In this document: piece by piece, positions 62,412-64,000 of the stretch
How positions within the stretch are numbered: position 1 is the stretch's first letter
Layout: each line of letters begins with the position of its first letter
From: a virus
Length of the DNA: 64,000 nucleotides
Virus record (IMG/VR): IMGVR_UViG_3300047160_002873
Span: 6,173-70,172 of that record
Direction: 5' to 3' (one strand)
The notes under the pieces: model-generated
Told to the model about the DNA's origin: nothing
Database searches by the model: none
Seen by the model: only the letters and a program-made list of their open reading frames with translations
Translations under genes and position numbers: made by a program

Positions 62412-64000
62412 ATGCCGAAGCTTGTCGAGTTTCCAGAGTATGCGCCCGATGTCTCACCGCTCGGTCAGGCCGAATCGCAGGTGATCTACAATGTTGTGCC
62501 GAAGGGCGACGGCTATGGGCCTATCCAGAGTCTGCTGCCTTATACCGGCAAGCTTCCCGGACCGTGCCGCGGCTACTTCTTCGGGCGCCGGGTGGACGGA
62601 TCGGTGTCGCTGTTCGCCGGCACGGAAAACAACCTCTACATCATGAACGCGACGACACTGGAATGGGACAAGGTGTCGAAGGGCGGCAATGACTATGCCT
62701 CAGTGCCGACCGGCGACCACTGGGTGTTTGTCCAGTTCAATGATCTGGTGATCGCGGTCCAGCAGAACTGTCCCCCGCAGAAGTTCGCGCTCTCGACGTC
62801 GAGCGTCTTTGTCGACCTTGGCGGCAATCCGCCCTTCGCAGGATCGGTCGCCGTGATCGGCTTCTTCGTGGTGCTCACCGCACTGACGGAGAACAAGCTG
62901 CGGGCGCAGTGGAGCGATCTCGATGCTCCAGAATCGTGGACTGCGGGCCTCGGACTATCGGACTTCCAAGACTTCCCGGATGGCGGCTCCTGTCTGGTGT
63001 GCACTGGGGGTGACGCTTATGGTCTGATCTTTCAGGAGCAGTCGATCCGCTCCATGACCTACGCGGCCGGCAACCCGGCGATCTTCCAGTTCTATCGCAT
63101 CAGCACGCAGGAAGCGCTGTATGCCAAGTATTCCGTCGTCAACGTCGGCAACCGTGTGTTCTACCTTGGCGCAGCCGGCTTCAAGCAGATCGTCGGCTCG
63201 ACGGACCCGGTCGATATCGGCAAGGAGAAGACCAACCGCACGTTCTTTTCCGAGGTGGACCCGTCCGCACCACAGCTGATCATCGGTGCCTCGGCTCCGA
63301 CCGCGACCCGCGTCTTCATGGCCTACAAGTCGCTGCTCAATGGCACACAGGGCGTATTCGACCGGGTGCTGATCTACGACTACGTGCTCAACAAGTGGAC
63401 GCGAGCGAACCTGATCGGCGAGTATATCGCATCACTGGCGAAGCCCGGTCTCACGCTGGAGGCCATGGACCAGTTCGCACTGCCGCAGCTGATGGTACAG
63501 GATGCAAGAAACAACGGGGTTGGCGCGATCCGTCTGACGCTCGATTCCGTCGCCAAGCCGACCTTTAATCTGGCTGCCCAGCCATTCGCCACGGTGCAGG
63601 GCGTCAAGGGAACGGTGGAGGCAAACGGTGTCTGGAGCTTCAACATCATCGATGACACTCACGCCGACCTTGTCGGATCAACCTTTACCAATGCCTATAT
63701 CAGCGGTGGCGCCATCGGCGGATCGATCGAGGAGATACCGTTCTCCTTTGACAGCGTCGTCAAGGCGGCTATTGCTCAGCCATCGGCGTTTGACGCGAAC
63801 GGTGTGCTCGGCTTCTTCAATGGGCCCAACCTCGAAGCCACGTTGGAGACGGGCGAGGCGGATGGCGAGGGGCAGTTTGTCTTCACCACTTCGGTGCTGC
63901 CGATAACCGACGCTACGGCGGTCTATTGCTCGATCGGGTGGCGCAACCGTCCCTCCACTCCGATCCAGTACACCATGGAAAGCTTGGTCGACGATCAGGG
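62412..64000 (+). CDS. Tail nozzle / P22 gp10-like DNA stabilization protein (truncated by the window end)
   Basis: ATG 62412, open to the end: F.EYAPD, NVVP..DGY.P, W.F.QF.D, QWS.L...E.W, SD.Q.FPDGG beta-propeller pattern. Confidence 0.7.
   Translation, partial: MPKLVEFPEYAPDVSPLGQAESQVIYNVVPKGDGYGPIQSLLPYTGKLPGPCRGYFFGRRVDGSVSLFAGTENNLYIMNATTLEWDKVSKGGNDYASVPTGDHWVFVQFNDLVIAVQQNCPPQKFALSTSSVFVDLGGNPPFAGSVAVIGFFVVLTALTENKLRAQWSDLDAPESWTAGLGLSDFQDFPDGGSCLVCTGGDAYGLIFQEQSIRSMTYAAGNPAIFQFYRISTQEALYAKYSVVNVGNRVFYLGAAGFKQIVGSTDPVDIGKEKTNRTFFSEVDPSAPQLIIGASAPTATRVFMAYKSLLNGTQGVFDRVLIYDYVLNKWTRANLIGEYIASLAKPGLTLEAMDQFALPQLMVQDARNNGVGAIRLTLDSVAKPTFNLAAQPFATVQGVKGTVEANGVWSFNIIDDTHADLVGSTFTNAYISGGAIGGSIEEIPFSFDSVVKAAIAQPSAFDANGVLGFFNGPNLEATLETGEADGEGQFVFTTSVLPITDATAVYCSIGWRNRPSTPIQYTMESLVDDQ

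Larger units (their letters stand above)
1..64000. mobile_element. Tailed bacteriophage (Caudoviricetes, podovirus-like) genome segment, near-complete and circularly permuted
   Basis: terL, portal, scaffold, capsid, adaptor, ejection proteins, endolysin, primase/helicase and recombination genes are present with no host housekeeping genes. The window ends inside the tail module and starts with the ejection genes that normally follow it. Confidence 0.95.

Noticed and set aside
1-64000. Alternative genetic code / stop recoding
   Set aside because: Recognisable genes are full length under the standard code and end in TAA, TAG and TGA.

Overview
This window holds most of a GC-rich, circularly permuted tailed-phage genome with podovirus-like organisation, probably infecting an alphaproteobacterium (inferred from gene families and promoter motifs). 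Order: ejection/pilot proteins, SLT, tail-collar fibre and amidase endolysin (1-9.8 kb); a leftward recombination operon with ERF, YqaJ exonuclease and an HNH-like gene (9.8-16.1 kb); a rightward Cro-like, GapR-like, RuvC, MT-A70 methylase, primase and helicase block (16.2-21.4 kb); small early genes (21.4-28.7 kb); putative terS (28.7 kb); a ~21 kb fibre/adhesin cassette; then terL, portal, scaffold, major capsid, decoration/fibre genes, adaptor and a truncated tail gene. No integrase, CI repressor, DNA polymerase, tRNA gene, CRISPR array or reverse transcriptase was recognised. The most interesting signals are: (1) virion-module fibre genes with Sec-type signal peptides and even numbers of cysteines; (2) a ~360 nt structured non-coding element ending in an acceptor-like stem plus ACCA, with a covarying hairpin repeated elsewhere; (3) a repeated promoter cassette combining a GTCAAC-N5-GTTGAC palindrome, a GcrA/CcrM-type YGATTCG site and DnaA boxes; (4) a structured leader ending in G5AG7 upstream of the primase; (5) four tandem paralogous genes plus Fe-S-type genes associated with the fibre cassette. 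All family assignments come from reading motifs by eye, not from database searches.
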